A DNA stretch of 64,000 nt from Haplodiscus bocki (lineage: Eukaryota). Position 1 is the first letter of the stretch. Every line of letters starts with the position of its first letter. Made by a program: the position numbers and the translations under genes. The notes under the pieces were generated by a model. The model saw only the letters and a program-made list of their open reading frames with translations, made no database searches and was not told the origin of the DNA. Of the stretch, positions 26,101 through 39,754 are shown piece after piece. The DNA lies in contig OZ296649.1 of NCBI GenBank assembly GCA_965655095.1, positions 29,698,001 through 29,762,000 on the forward strand, given 5' to 3'.

Positions 26101-29100
26101 CTAGACCCGTAAGCGCCTTACCGACAATTATCTTGCTTTCTGGATTTTCTCCACTGATCATACGAGCAGAAAACATCAACACTATAAACATTGCAACGAT
26201 GTTTGGGTTTTTCTTCGTCAAGTTGATCCATTTTTGCTTTTTTACGTAATTTTGATGACAAAATCAAACGTTTTAAGACGAATTTTAGCCAACTTTACCT
26301 AAAGAAATGGCTCCCTCGCATGTGGACGTTGCGCTACGTTATAGGCCTATTGGATCCGACAAGATGATCGATTTTGGTTAAATCTTCGTTCAGTAAGGAA
26401 TCTTCGTTGTATGGTCCACCAACCAGGTGAGTACCCCTTGTATCTTGTATCCTACATAAAAAAGCAGAAGGGGAAAGAAGTCGTTTCTTTAAAGGAAATT
26501 GAAGGAATTTGGCCCTGGTAAAACGTTCGGGTGGAGGATAGAGTATAGTGTGTTTAGTTTTTTTCAAAAATAGTAAAAGTACTTCTCCGTTTATACCATT
26601 TAGTTTTGGAACCAGTGCTTCCATGAAAAAGTTCAGTTTGTTTTCTCTGTTAAGAAAGTTACGTCGTAAACCCCTCGTTTCCTGTTGGTTTTTCAATAAA
26701 TCGATTTTCGTGGTTAAATCCACCGTAGCTTTCCTCCGAACTCTGCTGACGTCACGTGGTCTTAACAAACGTTACGATTTCTATTCTTTTTTTCTGACAC
26801 AGAATTGATGAATTTGTTGTTTCAGGTCTTCTCTTCCAGGTGCATCTTGCTTTGCTGATGCTAATTGTGGATCCGTTTTCTTCCTGTTGGAGCCACAACC
26901 CGGTCATCTCCCTCGCTTGTACCCTCAAACTGAAACCCTTCGCGTGTGCCCAGCTTTCGGTTCCCGGGAGCAGTCCTTTGTTCCGATGTCAACAATCTGG
27001 AGCCCGCCGGATCCGATGAATTCATTCTCTGTTAATACAGAGCCAATGAAATTCAGATGCGTCTTTTTGTTCGCTTCGCCCATCCTTCCTCTAGTAATGC
27101 CGGATACTCGGCATTTTGCGAGGCTAACCTCTCCTATACCGACCCGATCCGTCTCATGTTTTACCGACTCGACTGTTCACCGTGAATTTGTTGCCCTTCT
27201 CAAGGATACCGATAAACTGGATTCCTTTCGAATTTTTCTTGGCGCTGAAGTGAGCGCTTTCTCCGCCTCCAAAAAACAAATTCCACCGCGTTCGGGAAAT
27301 TTTAGAGATGACGATGAGAAATCTAGAGATGAAGGTTATTGACAACACCATACTTGAACGGAATACCAATGTCCCTAAAGCAATTCTTACTGATCTTCGA
27401 CAAGATATTGACATTGAGGGTCTTGAAGCCGATCGTGGCTGAGTTTCAATGATCCATGACCTTGTGGCACCTTTGTACCACAGTTCCCGGATTTCCTGAT
27501 AAAGTATACCCCTCAGCTGTCTTCTACAAGCGTTTAGGTTGCAGCCGATATTCCTCCTTGCCGACGCTCAACAAATTTCCATATTTTGATTCCTTCATGC
27601 CATACCGACAAGCATCCACACTTCTACCTCCACATAGCTCATCGGCTCAATGAAGTTCTATCAAAGTTTGTCTGACAATCGCAGCTGGCGAAGATGGATT
27701 TGCTGTGCCATTAGTGCAGTTAACCGAAGCAATTAAGGTTATTTCTGTCGCCTGTGCAAGCCCAGCCCCTAATACGAGTTGAGTGATGATTATTGGAACT
27801 AAAATGGTGCAAGGACCCATTTACTTGAAAAAGTTTACTTTGGAACGGACTTATTTTGAAACAATTTTTTCATCACCTGTACAATTGTACGCGCATATAT
27901 CTGAATCACTTTTTTAATGCAATTGCAGTAATAATTCAATCCCTTGATGCAAAATAACGACTGGGAATACGCCTCAAATCAAAAAGTATGTATCTTTCTT
28001 TAAATTTGTCCCAACACGCTTTCATCACCTTTCTTCGTTCCCAATGAGTAATAGACTAAACGCACGTGACTTGTAACTTATGCTCACCTGAATCGATTTG
28101 CAGTTTTGGAATAACATCGTATTGAATTTTTTTCTTTGCAACTGATTCCCTATTTTAGCCGCCAATCCTTGTGCACCAAACTAGACCCGTAAGCGCCTTA
28201 CCGACAAATATCTTGCTTTCTGGATTTTCTCCACTGATCATACGAGCAGAAAACATCAACACTATAAACATTGCAACGATGTTTGGGTTTTTCTTCGTCA
28301 AGTTGATCCATTTTTGCTTTTTTACGTAATTTTGATTACAAAATCAAACGTTTTAAGACGAATTTTAGCCAACTTTACCTAAAGAAATGGCTCGCTCGCA
28401 TATGGACGTTGCGCTACGTTATAGGCCTATTGGATCCGACAAGATGATCGAATTTGGTTAAATCTTCGTTCAGTAAGAAATCTTCGTTGTATGGTCTTTC
28501 AACCAGGTGAGTACCCCTTGTATCTTGTATCCTACATAAAAAAGCAGAAGGGGGAAGAAGTCGTTTCTTTAAAGGAAATTGAAGGAATTTGGCCCTGATA
28601 AAACGTTCGGGTCGAGGATAGAGTATAGTGTGTTTAGTTTTTTTGAAAAAATAGTAACAAAGTACTTCTCCGTTTATACCATTTAGTTTTGGAACCAGTG
28701 CTTCCATGAAAAAGTTCAGTTTGTTTTCTCTGTTAAGAAAGTTACGTCGTAAACCCCTCGTTTCCTGTTGGTTTTTCAATAAATCGATTTTCATTGTTAA
28801 ATCCACCGTAGCTTTCCTCCGAACTCTGCTGACGTCACGTGGTCTTACCAAACGTTACGATTTCTGTTCTTTTTCAGTTTTCTGACACAGAATTGATGAA
28901 TTTGTTGTTTCAGGTCTTCTCTTCCAGGTGCATCTTGCGCTGCTGATGCTAATTGTGAATCCGTTTTCTTCCCGTTGGAGCCACAACCCGGTCATCTCCC
29001 TCGCTTGTACCCTCAAACTGAAACCCTTCACGTGTGCCCAGCTTTCGGTTCCCGGAAGCAGTCCTTTGTTCCGATGTCAACAATCTGGAGCCCGCCGGAT

Positions 29101-30969
29101 CCGATGAATTCATTCGCTGTTAATACAGAGCCAATGAAATTCAGATGCGTCTTTTTGTCCGCTTCGCCCATCCTTCCTCTAGTAATGCCGGATACTCGGC
29201 ATTTTGCGAGGCTAACCTCTCCTATACCGACCCGATCCGTCTCATGTTTTACCGACTCTACTGTTGACCGTGAATTTCCTGCCCTTCTCAAGTATACCGA
29301 TAAACTGGATTCCTTTCGAATTACTCTTGCCGCTGAAGTGAGCGCTTTTTCAGCCTCCAAAGAACAATTTCGGTCGCCTTCGGGAAATTTTGGCGATGAC
29401 GATGAAAAAACTAGATGAAGGTTATTGACAACACCATACTTGAACGGAATACCAATGTCCCTAAAGCAATTCTTACTGATCTTCGACAAGATATTGACAT
29501 TGAGGGTCTTGAAACCGATCGAAGCTGAGTTTCACAGTTCCTTTGTACCACAGTTCCAGGATTTCTTCATAACAAAATTCCATGATTTAGTTCCTTCAAG
29601 CCATACCGACAAGCATCCACACTTCTACTTCCACTTAGCTCAATGGCTCAATGAAGTTCTATCAAAATTTGTCTGACAATTGCAACCGCCGAACATGCAA
29701 CTGCTGTGCCATGAGTGCATTTAACCGAAGCAGTTGCGGTTATTTCTGTCGCCTTTGCAAGCCCCGCCCCTAAAACGAGTTGTATGATCATTATTGGAAC
29801 TAAAATGGTGCAAGGACCCATTTCCTTGAGAGAGGGCACTTTGGAACGGACTTATTTTAAAACAATTTTTTCATCACCTGTACAATTGTACGCACATCTA
29901 TACGAATTACTTTTTTTATGCAATTGCAGTGATAATTCAATCCCTTGATGCAAAATAACGACTGGGAATAGGCCTGATATCAAAAAGTATGTTTCTTTTA
30001 ATTTGTCCCAACACGCTCTCATCACCTTTCTGCGTTCCCAATGAGTCATAGACTGAACGCACGTGACTTGTCACATGTGCTCACCTGAATCGATTTGCAG
30101 TTTTAGAATAACATCGTATTGAATTTTTTTCTTTGCAACTCATCCCTTATTTTAGCTGCCAATCCTTGTGCAGCAAACTAGACCCGTAAGCGACTTACTG
30201 ACAAATATCTTGCTTTCTGGATTTTCTCTATTTATCATACGAGCAGAAAACATCAACACTATAAACATTGCAACGATGTTTGGGTTTTTCTTCGTCAAGT
30301 TGATCCATTTTTGCTTTCTTACGTATTTTTGATGACAAAATCAAACGTTTTAAGACGAATTTTAGCCAACTTTACCTGAAACAAGTGGTTCCCTCGAATG
30401 TGCACGCTGCGCTACGTTATAGGCCTACTGGATCCGAAAAGATGATCTAATATGGTTAAATCTTCGTTCAGTAAGGAATCTTAGTTGTATGGTCTTTCAA
30501 CCAGGTTAGTACCCCTTGTATCTTGTATCCTCAATAAAAAAGCAGAAGGAGGAAGAAGTCGTTTCTTTAAAGAAATTTGAAGGAGTTTGGCCCTGGCAAA
30601 ACGTTCGAATGGAGGATAGCGTGTAGTGTGTTGAATTTTTTGAAAAATAATCAAGTAATTCTCCGTTTATACCATTTAGTTTTGGAACCAGTGCTTTTAA
30701 CAAAAAGTTCAGTTTGTTCTCTCTCTCTCAAGAAGGTCAACTCGTAACCCCTTCGTGTCCGGTTGGTTCTGATATAAATTGAAATTCGTGGTTGAATCCA
30801 CCGTAGCTTTCCTCCGAATTCTCCTGACGTCACGTGGTCTTTCCAAACGTTACGATTTCTACTCTTTTTTAATTTTCTGACACAGAATTGATGAATTTGG
30901 TGTTTCAGGTCTTCTCTTCCAGGTGCATCTTGCGCTGCTGATGCTAATTGTGGATCCGTTTTCTTCCTG

Positions 30970-31524
30970 TTGGAGCCACAACCCGGTCATCTCCTTCGCT
31001 TGTACCCTCAAACTGAAACCCTTCGCGTGTGCCCAGCTTTCGGTTCCCAGGAGCAGTCCTTTGTTCCGATGTCAACAATATGGAGCCCACCGGATCCGAT
31101 GACTTCATTTGCTGTTAATACAGAGCCAATGAAATTCATATGCGTCTTTTTGTCCGCTTCGCCCATCCCTCCTCTAGTTATTCCAGATGCTCGGCATTTT
31201 ACGAGGCTAACATCTCCTATACCGACGCGATCCGTATCATGTTTTACCGACTCGGCTGTCGACCGTGAATTTGCTGCCCCTCTCAAGGATACCGATAAAC
31301 TGGATTCCTTTCGAATTACTCTTGGCGCTGAAAGAGAGCGCTTTCTCCGCCTCGAAAACAAATTCCGCCGCCTTCGGGAACTTTTGGAGATGACGATGAG
31401 AAATCTAGAGATGAAGGTTATTGACAACACCATACTTGAACGGAATACCAATGTCCCTAAAGCAATTCTTACTGATCTTCGACAAGATATTGACATTGAG
31501 GATCTTGAAACCGATCGAAGCTGA
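30970..31524 (+). CDS. Uninterrupted copy of the retroelement 3' accessory ORF (Pro/Ser-rich N-part, coiled-coil C-part)
   Basis: 184-codon frame reading through ...LGAERERFLRLENKFRRLRELLEMTMRNLEMKVID...; no ATG at the 5' end; expression not shown. Confidence 0.4.
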   Translation: MEPQPGHLLRLYPQTETLRVCPAFGSQEQSFVPMSTIWSPPDPMTSFAVNTEPMKFICVFLSASPIPPLVIPDARHFTRLTSPIPTRSVSCFTDSAVDREFAAPLKDTDKLDSFRITLGAERERFLRLENKFRRLRELLEMTMRNLEMKVIDNTILERNTNVPKAILTDLRQDIDIEDLETDRS

Positions 31525-34500
31525 GTTTCACTGTTCCTTTGTACCACAGTTCCCCGGATTTCTTGATAACAAAATTCCGTGATTAGGTTCCTTCATTGCA
31601 TACCGACAAGCATCCACACTTCTACCTGCACTTAGCTCAATGGCTGAATGAAATTCTATCAAAATTTGTCTGACAATCGCAGCCGGCGAACATGGAATTG
31701 CTGTGCCATTAGTGCAGTTAACCGAAGCAATTAAGGTTATTTCTTTCGCCTTTGCAAGCCCCGCCCCTAATACGAGTTGTGTGATCATTATTGGAACTAA
31801 AATGGTGCAAGGACCCATTTCCTTGAGAGAGGGCACTTTGGAACGGACTTATTTTAAAACAATTTTTTCATCACCTGTACAATTGTAGGCACATATATGA
31901 ATCACTTTTTTTATGCAATTGCAGTAATAATTCAATCCCTTGATGCAAAATAACGACTGGGAATAGGCCTGAAATCAAAAATGCATTTTTCTTTCTTTCA
32001 TGTCGTCCCAACACGCTTTCATCACCTTTCTTCGTTCCCAATGAGTAATAGACTGAACGCACGTGACTTGTCACATGAGCTCACCTAAATCGATTTGCAG
32101 TTTTAGAATACCTTCGTATTGTCGTTTTTTCTTTGCAACTCATCATTTATTTTAGCTGCCAATTGTTGTGCATCAAACTAGACGCGTAAACCCCTTACCG
32201 ACAAATATCTTTCTTGCTGGCTTTTCTCTACTCATCATACGAGCAGAAAACATCAACACAATAAACATTGCAACTATGTTTGGGTTTTTCTTCGTCAAGT
32301 TGATCCATTTTTGCTGTTTTACGTAATTTTGATGACAAAATCAAACGTTTTAAGACGAATTTTAGCCAACTTTACCTGAAAGAAATGGCTCCCTCGCATG
32401 TGGACGTTGCGCTACGTTGTAGGCCTATTGCATCCGAAAAGATCATCTAATTTGTTCAAATTTTCGTTCAGTAAGGAATCTTCGATGTATGGTCTTTCAA
32501 CCAGGTGAGTGCCCCCTGTATCTTGTTACTCAATAAATAAAGCAGAGTGGGAAGAAGTCGTTTCTTTAAAGAAAAATTAAGCAGGTTCGCCCTGGTGAAA
32601 CGTTCGGGTCGAGGATAGAGTCTAGTGTGTTTAGTTTTTTTAAAAAAATAGTAACAAAGTACTTCTCCGTTTATACCATTTAGTTTTGGAACCAGTGCTT
32701 CCACGAAAAAGTTCAGTTTGTTATCTCTGTTAAGAAAGTTACGTCGTAAACCCCTCGTTTCCTGTTGGTTTTGGTATAAATTGATATTCGTTGTTAAATC
32801 CACCGTAGCTTTCCTCCGAATTCTGCTGACCTCACGTGGTCTTACCAAACGTTACGATTTCTATTCTTTTTCAGTTTTCTGAAGCAGAATTGATGAATTT
32901 GTTGTTTCAGGTCTTCTGTTCCAGGTGCGTCTTGCGTTGCTGATGCTAATTGGGGATCCGTTTTCTTCCTGTTGGAGCCACAAACCGGATATCTCCTTCG
33001 CCTGTACCCTCAAACGGAAACCCTTCGCGTGTGCCCAGCTTTCGGTTCCCAGGAGCAGTCCTTTGTGCCGATGTCAACAATCTGTAGCCCACTGGATCCG
33101 ATGACTTCCTTCGCTGTTAATACAGAGCGGATGAAATTCAGATGCGTCTCTTGTCCGCTTCGCCCATACTTCCTCTAGTAATGCCGGATACTCGGCATTT
33201 TGCGAGGCTAACCTCTCCTATACCGACCCGATCCGTCTCATGTTTTACCGACTCGACTGTTGACCGTGAATTTGCTGCCCTTCTCAAGGATACCGATAAA
33301 CTGGATTCCTTTCGAATTACTCTTGGCGCTGAAATGAGCGCTTTCTCCGCCTCCGAAGAAGAAATTCCACCGCCTTCGGGAAATTTTGGAGATGACGATG
33401 AGAAATCTAGAGAGGAAGGTTATTGACAACACCATACTTGAACGGAATACCAATGTCCCTAAAGCAATTCTTACTGATCTTCGACAAGATATTGACATTG
33501 AGGGTCTTGAAGCCGATCGTGGCTGAGTTTCAATGATCCACGACCTTGTGGCACCTTTGTACCACAGTTCCCGGATTTCCTGATAAAGTATACCCCTCGC
33601 TGTCTTCTACAAGCGTTTAGGTTGCAGTCGATATTCCTCCTTGCCGACGCTCAACAAAGTTCCATAATTTGATTCCTTCATGCCATATCGACAAGCATCC
33701 ACGCTTCTACCTCCACATAGCTCAACGGCTCAATGAAGTTCTATCAAAATTTGTCTGACAATCGCAGCCGGCGAATATGGAATTGCTGTGCCATTAGTGC
33801 AGTTAACCGAAGCAATTAAGGTTATTTCTGTCGTCTTTGCAAGCCCCGCCCCTAATACGAGTTGTGTGATCATTATTGGAACTAAAATGGTGCAAGGACC
33901 CATTTCCGTGAGAGAGGCCACTTTGGAACGGACTTATTTTAAAACAATTTTTTCATCACCTGTACAATTGTAGGCACATATATGAATCACTTTTTTTATG
34001 CAATTGCAGTAATAATTCAATCCCTTGATGCAAAATAACGCCCGGGAATACGCCTGAAAGCAAAAAGTATGTATCTTTCTTTTATATTGTCCCAACACGC
34101 TTTCATCACCTTTCTTCGTTCCCAATGAGTAATAGACTAAACGCACGTGACTTGTAACCTGTGCTCACCTGAATCGATTTGCAGTTTTAGAATAACATCG
34201 TAATGAATTTTTTTCTTTGCAACTCATCCCCTATTTTAGCTGCCAATTCTTGTGCACCAAACTAGACCCGTAAACGCCTTACCGACAAATATCTTGCTTT
34301 CTGGATTTTCTCTACTTATCATACGAGCAGAAAACATCAACACTATAAACATTGCAACGATGTTTGGGTTTTTCTTCGTCAAGTTGATCCATTTTTGCTT
34401 TTTTAAGTAATTTTGATTACAAAATCAAACGTTTTAAGACGAATTTTAGCCAACTTTACCTGAAAGAAATGGCTCACTCGCATGTGGACGTTGCGATACG

Positions 34501-34971
34501 TTATAGGCCTATTGGATCCGAAAAGATGATCTAATATGGTTAAATCTTCGTTCAGTAAGGAATCTTCGTTGTATGGTCTTTCAACCAGGTTAGTACCCCT
34601 TGTATCTTGTATCCTCAATAAAAAAGCAGAAGGAGGAAGAAGTCGTTTCTTTAAAAAAATTTGAAGGAGTTTGGCCCTGGCAAAACGTTCGAATGGAGGA
34701 TAGCGTGTAGTGTGTTTAATTTTTTGAAAAATAATAAAGTAATTCTCCGTTTATACCATTTAGTTTTGGAACCAGTGCTTCTAACAAAAAGTTCAGTTTG
34801 TTCTCTCTCTCTCAAGAAGGTCACCTCGTAACCCCCTCGTGTCCGGTTGGTTTTGATATAAATTGAAATTCCTGGTTGAATCCACCTTAGCTTTCCTCCG
34901 AATTCTCCTGACGTCACGTGGTCTTTCCAAACGTTACGATTTCTACTCTTTTTTAATTTTCTGACACAGAA

Positions 34972-35598
34972 TTGATTTGTTGTTTCAGGTCTTCTCTTCC
35001 AGGTGCATCTTGCGCTGCTGGTGCTAATTGTGGATCCGTTTTCTTCCTGTTGGAGCCACAAACCGGTTATCTCCTTCGCCTGTACCCTCAAACGGAATTC
35101 CTTCGCGTGTGCCCAGCTTTCGGTTCCCGGGAGCAGTCCTTTGTTCCGATGTCAACAATCTGGAGCCCGCCGGATCCGATGACTTCATTCGCTGTTAATA
35201 CAGAGCCAATGAAATGCGTCTTATTGTCCGCTTCGCCCATCCCTCCTCTAGTTATTCCGGATACTCGGCATTTTGCGAGGCTAACCTCTCCTATACCGAC
35301 GCGATCCGTATCATGTTTTACTGACTCGGCTGTCGACCGTGAATTTGCTGCCCTTCTCAAGTATACCGATAAACTGGATTCCTTTCGAGTTACTCTTGGC
35401 GCTGACAGAGAGCTCTTTCTCCACCTCGAAAACAAATTCCACCGCCTTCAGGAAATTTTGGAGATGACGATGAAAAAACTAGAGGCGAAGGTTATTGACA
35501 GCAGCATATTTGAACGGAATGCCAAGGTCCTTACAGCATTTCTTTCTGATCTCCGACAAGATATTGACATTGAGGGTCTTGAAGCCGATCGTGGCTGA
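34972..35598 (+). CDS. Uninterrupted copy of the accessory ORF
   Basis: 208-codon frame ending ...LRQDIDIEGLEADRG*; heptad-like L/I/M spacing in the last ~70 aa. Confidence 0.4.
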   Translation: MICCFRSSLPGASCAAGANCGSVFFLLEPQTGYLLRLYPQTEFLRVCPAFGSREQSFVPMSTIWSPPDPMTSFAVNTEPMKCVLLSASPIPPLVIPDTRHFARLTSPIPTRSVSCFTDSAVDREFAALLKYTDKLDSFRVTLGADRELFLHLENKFHRLQEILEMTMKKLEAKVIDSSIFERNAKVLTAFLSDLRQDIDIEGLEADRG

Positions 35599-38500
35599 GT
35601 TCCGATGATCCATGACCTTGTGGCACCTTTGTACCACAGTTCCCGTATTTCTTGATGAAGTATACCCCTCAGCTGCCTTCTACAAGCTTTTAGGTTTTAG
35701 TCGAGATGCCTCATTGCCGATGTTCATCAAATTTCCATATTTGGATTCCTTCATGCCATACCGGCAAGCATACGCACTTCTACCTCCACATAGATCAGCG
35801 GCTCAATCAAGTTTTATCAAAATTTGTCTGACAATCGCAACCGCCGAACATGCAACTGCTGTGCCATTAGTGCAGTTAACCGAAGCAGTTGCGGTTATTT
35901 CTGTCGCCTTTGCAAGCCCCGCCCCTAAAACGAGTTGTATGATCATTATTGGAACTAAAATGGTGCAAGGACCCATTTCCTTGAGAGAGGGCACTTTGGA
36001 ACGGACTTATTTTAAAACAATTTTTTCATCACCTGTACAATTGTACGCACATCTATACGAACTACTTTTTTTATGCAATTGCAGTGATAATTCAATCCCT
36101 TGATGCAAAATAACGACTGGGAATAGGCCTGATATCAAAAAGTATGTTTCTTTCTTTTAATTTGTCCCAACACGTTTTCATCACCCTTCTTCGTTCCCAA
36201 TGAGTAATAGACTAAACGCACATGACTTGTCACATGAGCTCACCTAAAGCGATTTGCAGTTTTAGAATACCTTCGTATTGAAGTGTTTTTGCAACTCATC
36301 CCTTATTTTAGCTGCCAATCGTTGTGCACCAAACTAGACCCGTAAGCGACTTACCGACAAATATCTTGCTTTCTGGATTTTCTCTACTTATCATACGAGC
36401 AGAAAACATCAACACTATAAACATTGCAACGATGTTTGGGTTTTTCTTCGTCAAGTTGATCCATTTTTGCTGTTTTACGTAATTTTGATGACAAAATCAA
36501 ACGTTTTAAGACAAATTTTAGCCAACTTTACCTGAAAGAAATGGCTCCCTCGCATGTGGACGTTGCGCTACGTTGTAGGCCTATTGCATCCGAAAAGATC
36601 ATCCAATTTGTTCAAATTTTCGTTCAGTAAGGAATCTTCGATGTATGGTCCTTCAACCAGCTGAGTGCCCCTTGTATCTTGTATACTCAATTAAAAAGGC
36701 ACAACGGTGAAGAAGTCGTTGCTATAAAGAAAAATGAAGGAGTTTGGCCCTGGCAAAACGTTCGGGTCGAGGATAGCGTCTGGTGTGTTTAGTTAAAAAA
36801 TTTTTGGAACAAAGTAATTCTCAGTTTATAACATTTAGTTTTGGAACCAGTGCTTGCAAGAATAAGTTCAGTTTGTTTTCTCTGTTAAGAAAGTTACGTC
36901 GTAAACCCCTCGTTTCCTGTTGGTTTTGATATTCATTGATATTCGTTGTTAAATCCACCGTAGCTTTCCTCTGAATTCTGCTGACGTCATGTGGTCTTAC
37001 CAAACGGTACGATTTCTATTCTTTTTCATTTTTCTGACTCGGAATTGATGAATTTGTTGTTTCATGTCTTCTCTTCCAGGTGTGTCTTGCGTTGCTGATC
37101 CTAATTGGGGATCCGTTTTCTTCCTGTTGGAGCCACAAACCGGTTATCTCCTTCGCCTGTACCCTCAAACTGAAACCCTTCGCGTGTGCCTAGCTTTCGG
37201 TTCCGGGGAGCAGTCCTTTGTTCCAATGTCAACAATCTGGAGCCCGCCGGATCCGATGGATTCATTCGCTGTTAATACAGAGCCAATGAAATTCAGATGT
37301 GTCTTTTTGTCCTCTTCGCCCATCCTTCCTCTAGTAATGCCGGATACTCGGCATTTTGCGAGGCTAACCTCTCCTATACCGACCCGATCCGTCTCATGTT
37401 TTACCGACTCGACTGTTGACCGTGAATTTGCTGCCCTTCTCAAGGATACCGATAAACTGGATTCCTTTCGAATTACTCTTGGCGCTGAAATGAGCGCTTT
37501 CTCCGCCTCCGAAGAAGAAATTCCACCGCCTTCGGGAAATTTTGGAGATGACGATGAGAAATCTAGAGAGGAAGGTTATTGACAACACCATACTTGAACG
37601 GAATACCAATGTCCCTAAAGCAATTCTTACTGATCTTCGACAAGATATTGACATTGAGGGTCTTGAAGCCGATCGTGGCTGAGTTTCAATGATCCACGAC
37701 CTTGTGGCACCTTTGTACCACAGTTCCCGGATTTCCTGATAAAGTATACCCCTCGCTGTCTTCTACAAGCGTTTAGGTTGCAGTCGATATTCCTCCTTGC
37801 CGACGCTCAACAAAGTTCCATAATTTGATTCCTTCATGCCATATCGACAAGCATCCACGCTTCTACCTCCACATAGCTCAACGGCTCAATGAAGTTCTAT
37901 CAAAATTTGTCTGACAATCGCAGCCGGCGAATATGGAATTGCTGTGCCATTAGTGCAGTTAACCGAAGCAATTAAGGTTATTTCTGTCGTCTTTGCAAGC
38001 CCCGCCCCTAATACGAGTTGTGTGATCATTATTGGAACTAAAATGGTGCAAGGACCCATTTCCGTGAGAGAGGCCACTTTGGAACGGACTTATTTTAAAA
38101 CAATTTTTTCATCACCTGTACAATTGTAGGCACATATATGAATCACTTTTTTTATGCAATTGCAGTAATAATTCAATCCCTTGATGCAAAATAACGCCCG
38201 GGAATACGCCTGAAAGCAAAAAGTATGTATCTTTCTTTTATATTGTCCCAACACGCTTTCATCACCTTTCTTCGTTCCCAATGAGTAATAGACTAAACGC
38301 ACGTGACTTGTAACCTGTGCTCACCTGAATCGATTTGCAGTTTTAGAATAACATCGTAATGAATTTTTTTCTTTGCAACTCATCCCCTATTTTAGCTGCC
38401 AATTCTTGTGCACCAAACTAGACCCGTAAACGCCTTACCGACAAATATCTTGCTTTCTGGATTTTCTCTACTTATCATACGAGCAGAAAACATCAACACT

Positions 38501-39127
38501 ATAAACATTGCAACGATGTTTGGGTTTTTCTTCGTCAAGTTGATCCATTTTTGCTTTTTTAAGTAATTTTGATTACAAAATCAAACGTTTTAAGACGAAT
38601 TTTAGCCAACTTTACCTGAAAGAAATGGCTCACTCGCATGTGGACGTTGCGATACGTTATAGGCCTATTGGATCCGAAAAGATGATCTAATATGGTTAAA
38701 TCTTCGTTCAGTAAGGAATCTTCGTTGTATGGTCTTTCAACCAGGTTAGTACCCCTTGTATCTTGTATCCTCAATAAAAAAGCAGAAGGAGGAAGAAGTC
38801 GTTTCTTTAAAAAAATTTGAAGGAGTTTGGCCCTGGCAAAACGTTCGAATGGAGGATAGCGTGTAGTGTGTTTAATTTTTTGAAAAATAATAAAGTAATT
38901 CTCCGTTTATACCATTTAGTTTTGGAACCAGTGCTTCTAACAAAAAGTTCAGTTTGTTCTCTCTCTCTCAAGAAGGTCACCTCGTAACCCCCTCGTGTCC
39001 GGTTGGTTTTGATATAAATTGAAATTCCTGGTTGAATCCACCTTAGCTTTCCTCCGAATTCTCCTGACGTCACGTGGTCTTTCCAAACGTTACGATTTCT
39101 ACTCTTTTTTAATTTTCTGACACAGAA

Positions 39128-39754
39128 TTGATTTGTTGTTTCAGGTCTTCTCTTCCAGGTGCATCTTGCGCTGCTGGTGCTAATTGTGGATCCGTTTTCT
39201 TCCTGTTGGAGCCACAAACCGGTTATCTCCTTCGCCTGTACCCTCAAACGGAATTCCTTCGCGTGTGCCCAGCTTTCGGTTCCCGGGAGCAGTCCTTTGT
39301 TCCGATGTCAACAATCTGGAGCCCGCCGGATCCGATGACTTCATTCGCTGTTAATACAGAGCCAATGAAATGCGTCTTATTGTCCGCTTCGCCCATCCCT
39401 CCTCTAGTTATTCCGGATACTCGGCATTTTGCGAGGCTAACCTCTCCTATACCGACGCGATCCGTATCATGTTTTACTGACTCGGCTGTCGACCGTGAAT
39501 TTGCTGCCCTTCTCAAGTATACCGATAAACTGGATTCCTTTCGAGTTACTCTTGGCGCTGACAGAGAGCTCTTTCTCCACCTCGAAAACAAATTCCACCG
39601 CCTTCAGGAAATTTTGGAGATGACGATGAAAAAACTAGAGGCGAAGGTTATTGACAGCAGCATATTTGAACGGAATGCCAAGGTCCTTACAGCATTTCTT
39701 TCTGATCTCCGACAAGATATTGACATTGAGGGTCTTGAAGCCGATCGTGGCTGA
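39128..39754 (+). CDS. Uninterrupted copy of the accessory ORF
   Basis: Translation identical to 34972-35598 (4156-bp duplicate). Confidence 0.4.
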   Translation: MICCFRSSLPGASCAAGANCGSVFFLLEPQTGYLLRLYPQTEFLRVCPAFGSREQSFVPMSTIWSPPDPMTSFAVNTEPMKCVLLSASPIPPLVIPDTRHFARLTSPIPTRSVSCFTDSAVDREFAALLKYTDKLDSFRVTLGADRELFLHLENKFHRLQEILEMTMKKLEAKVIDSSIFERNAKVLTAFLSDLRQDIDIEGLEADRG

